A stretch of DNA of 24,000 nt from Candidatus Heimdallarchaeota archaeon (GTDB lineage Archaea > Asgardarchaeota > Heimdallarchaeia > Heimdallarchaeales > Heimdallarchaeaceae), in the NCBI GenBank assembly GCA_019894795.1, contig JAGXNV010000003.1:1-24000 (forward strand), in the 5' to 3' direction. Shown here piece by piece: positions 23,080 through 24,000 of this stretch. The notes under the pieces were generated by a model. The model was not told where the DNA came from. It saw only the letters and a list, made by a program, of their open reading frames with translations, and made no database searches. Positions within the stretch are counted from its first letter, which is position 1. Each line of letters opens with the position of its first letter. The position numbers were made by a program, and so were the translations under genes.

Positions 23080-24000
23080 TTGACAGAGAATAAAATGGAA
23101 ACTGAATCATCCTATAGAGATGTGTTTAGAAATAAAGAATTTGTTAAACTGCTTTCTGGGCAATTTTTTAGCAATATAGGTGATGCGGTTTTTAGAATAT
23201 CGATTGTACTTTATGTTTACAGTCTTACTGGTTCAGCTGCTCAAATGACATTCGTTTTGGCAGCTCAAACATTACCTTGGATTTTAATCGGACCAATTTC
23301 AGGGGTTTTAGCAGATAGAGTAAGTAGAAAAGCAATCATGGTGTCAGCTGATTTTCTGAGAGCAGCTTCTATAATTGCTATTCCTTTTGTCAACTCATTC
23401 TATATATTGCTGATAATAGCTTTTATAGATGGAGTGGGGTCTTCAAGCTTCGCAGCTCCAAGATCAGCTGCCATTCCTGAAATTGTTGGGTTGAAGTCAT
23501 ATGTTAAAGCAATTAGTGTAAGCAGACTAATCTTCCAAACTTTAGCTGTATTAGGACCTCTTATGGCTGCACCAATCTACGCATTCTTTGGTCCACCAGC
23601 ATTTTGGATAACCAGCGGATGTTATGCTTTATCTGGATTAATAATACTAAGGACAGTAATTCCATCGGCATCAAGAGAAAAAGAAACATTGACTGTTAAA
23701 ACAATATTTAGTGATATGAAAGAAGGGTTAGTTTTTCTTTTTAAACATCCAATAATCAGAACACTGCTAGTATTATTTGCTTTTGTAGTGATTGGTACTG
23801 CTTTTGCTGGGCCTTTGTTATATCCTTGGATATTCGAGATACGACATGGTGGAAATATGCTACTTGAACAACTAGCAAATATAGAATACGGAATTATTGG
23901 TGCTTTAGTAGCACTTGGAACCGTTATAGGAAATATACTATTTGCTAAATTTGAGAAAAAAATAGGTAGGTCTAGAGCAATAATAGCAGGTGTGGTGGCC
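23080..24000 (+). CDS. MFS transporter (MFS_3 / enterobactin-exporter-like family), 3' end outside window
   Basis: I translated it by hand and the frame is open to the window end. FRNKEFVKLLSGQFFSNIGDAVF...PWILIGPISGVLADRVSRKAIMVSADFLRA has the MFS loop 2-3 motif G..ADR.sRK, and successive hydrophobic helices follow. AGGTGG lies 5 nt upstream of the TTG at 23080. An alternative ATG is at 23095. Confidence 0.85.
   Translation, partial: MTENKMETESSYRDVFRNKEFVKLLSGQFFSNIGDAVFRISIVLYVYSLTGSAAQMTFVLAAQTLPWILIGPISGVLADRVSRKAIMVSADFLRAASIIAIPFVNSFYILLIIAFIDGVGSSSFAAPRSAAIPEIVGLKSYVKAISVSRLIFQTLAVLGPLMAAPIYAFFGPPAFWITSGCYALSGLIILRTVIPSASREKETLTVKTIFSDMKEGLVFLFKHPIIRTLLVLFAFVVIGTAFAGPLLYPWIFEIRHGGNMLLEQLANIEYGIIGALVALGTVIGNILFAKFEKKIGRSRAIIAGVVA

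Overview
AT-rich window (about one third GC by eye) that reads as archaeal chromosome. All three tRNA genes carry bulge-helix-bulge (BHB) introns, one of them in the T-loop. An archaeal-type DTD2 deacylase is present, and TATA-like boxes sit 24-30 nt upstream of several start codons. An Asgard/Loki-like origin is plausible but cannot be verified without a database search. I call about 20 protein genes. The clearest functional module is a three-gene operon on the minus strand: a NuoE-like [2Fe-2S] subunit, a NuoF-like flavoprotein with extra Fe-S domains, and a Cys-type molybdopterin formate dehydrogenase alpha subunit. A MobA-like cofactor gene converges on this operon. Other genes: three peptidases (S9A prolyl oligopeptidase, M20 dipeptidase, membrane-anchored metzincin-like protease), a bacterial-type PlsY acyltransferase, a carboxylesterase, an SDR, a stand-alone Lrp/AsnC ligand-binding domain, an apparently orphan beta-class DNA methyltransferase with a variant SPLY motif, and a wHTH regulator divergent from an MFS transporter across an intergenic region packed with TGAGAA hexamers. 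The least explained segment is 7.1-11.5 kb. It holds a small protein with a longin-like secondary-structure order, a 776-aa polytopic membrane protein with a large sequon-rich acidic ectodomain, and an extremely acidic protein carrying 13 tandem 21-nt (EPEPVVE) repeats. No CRISPR array, transposase or integrase was seen.
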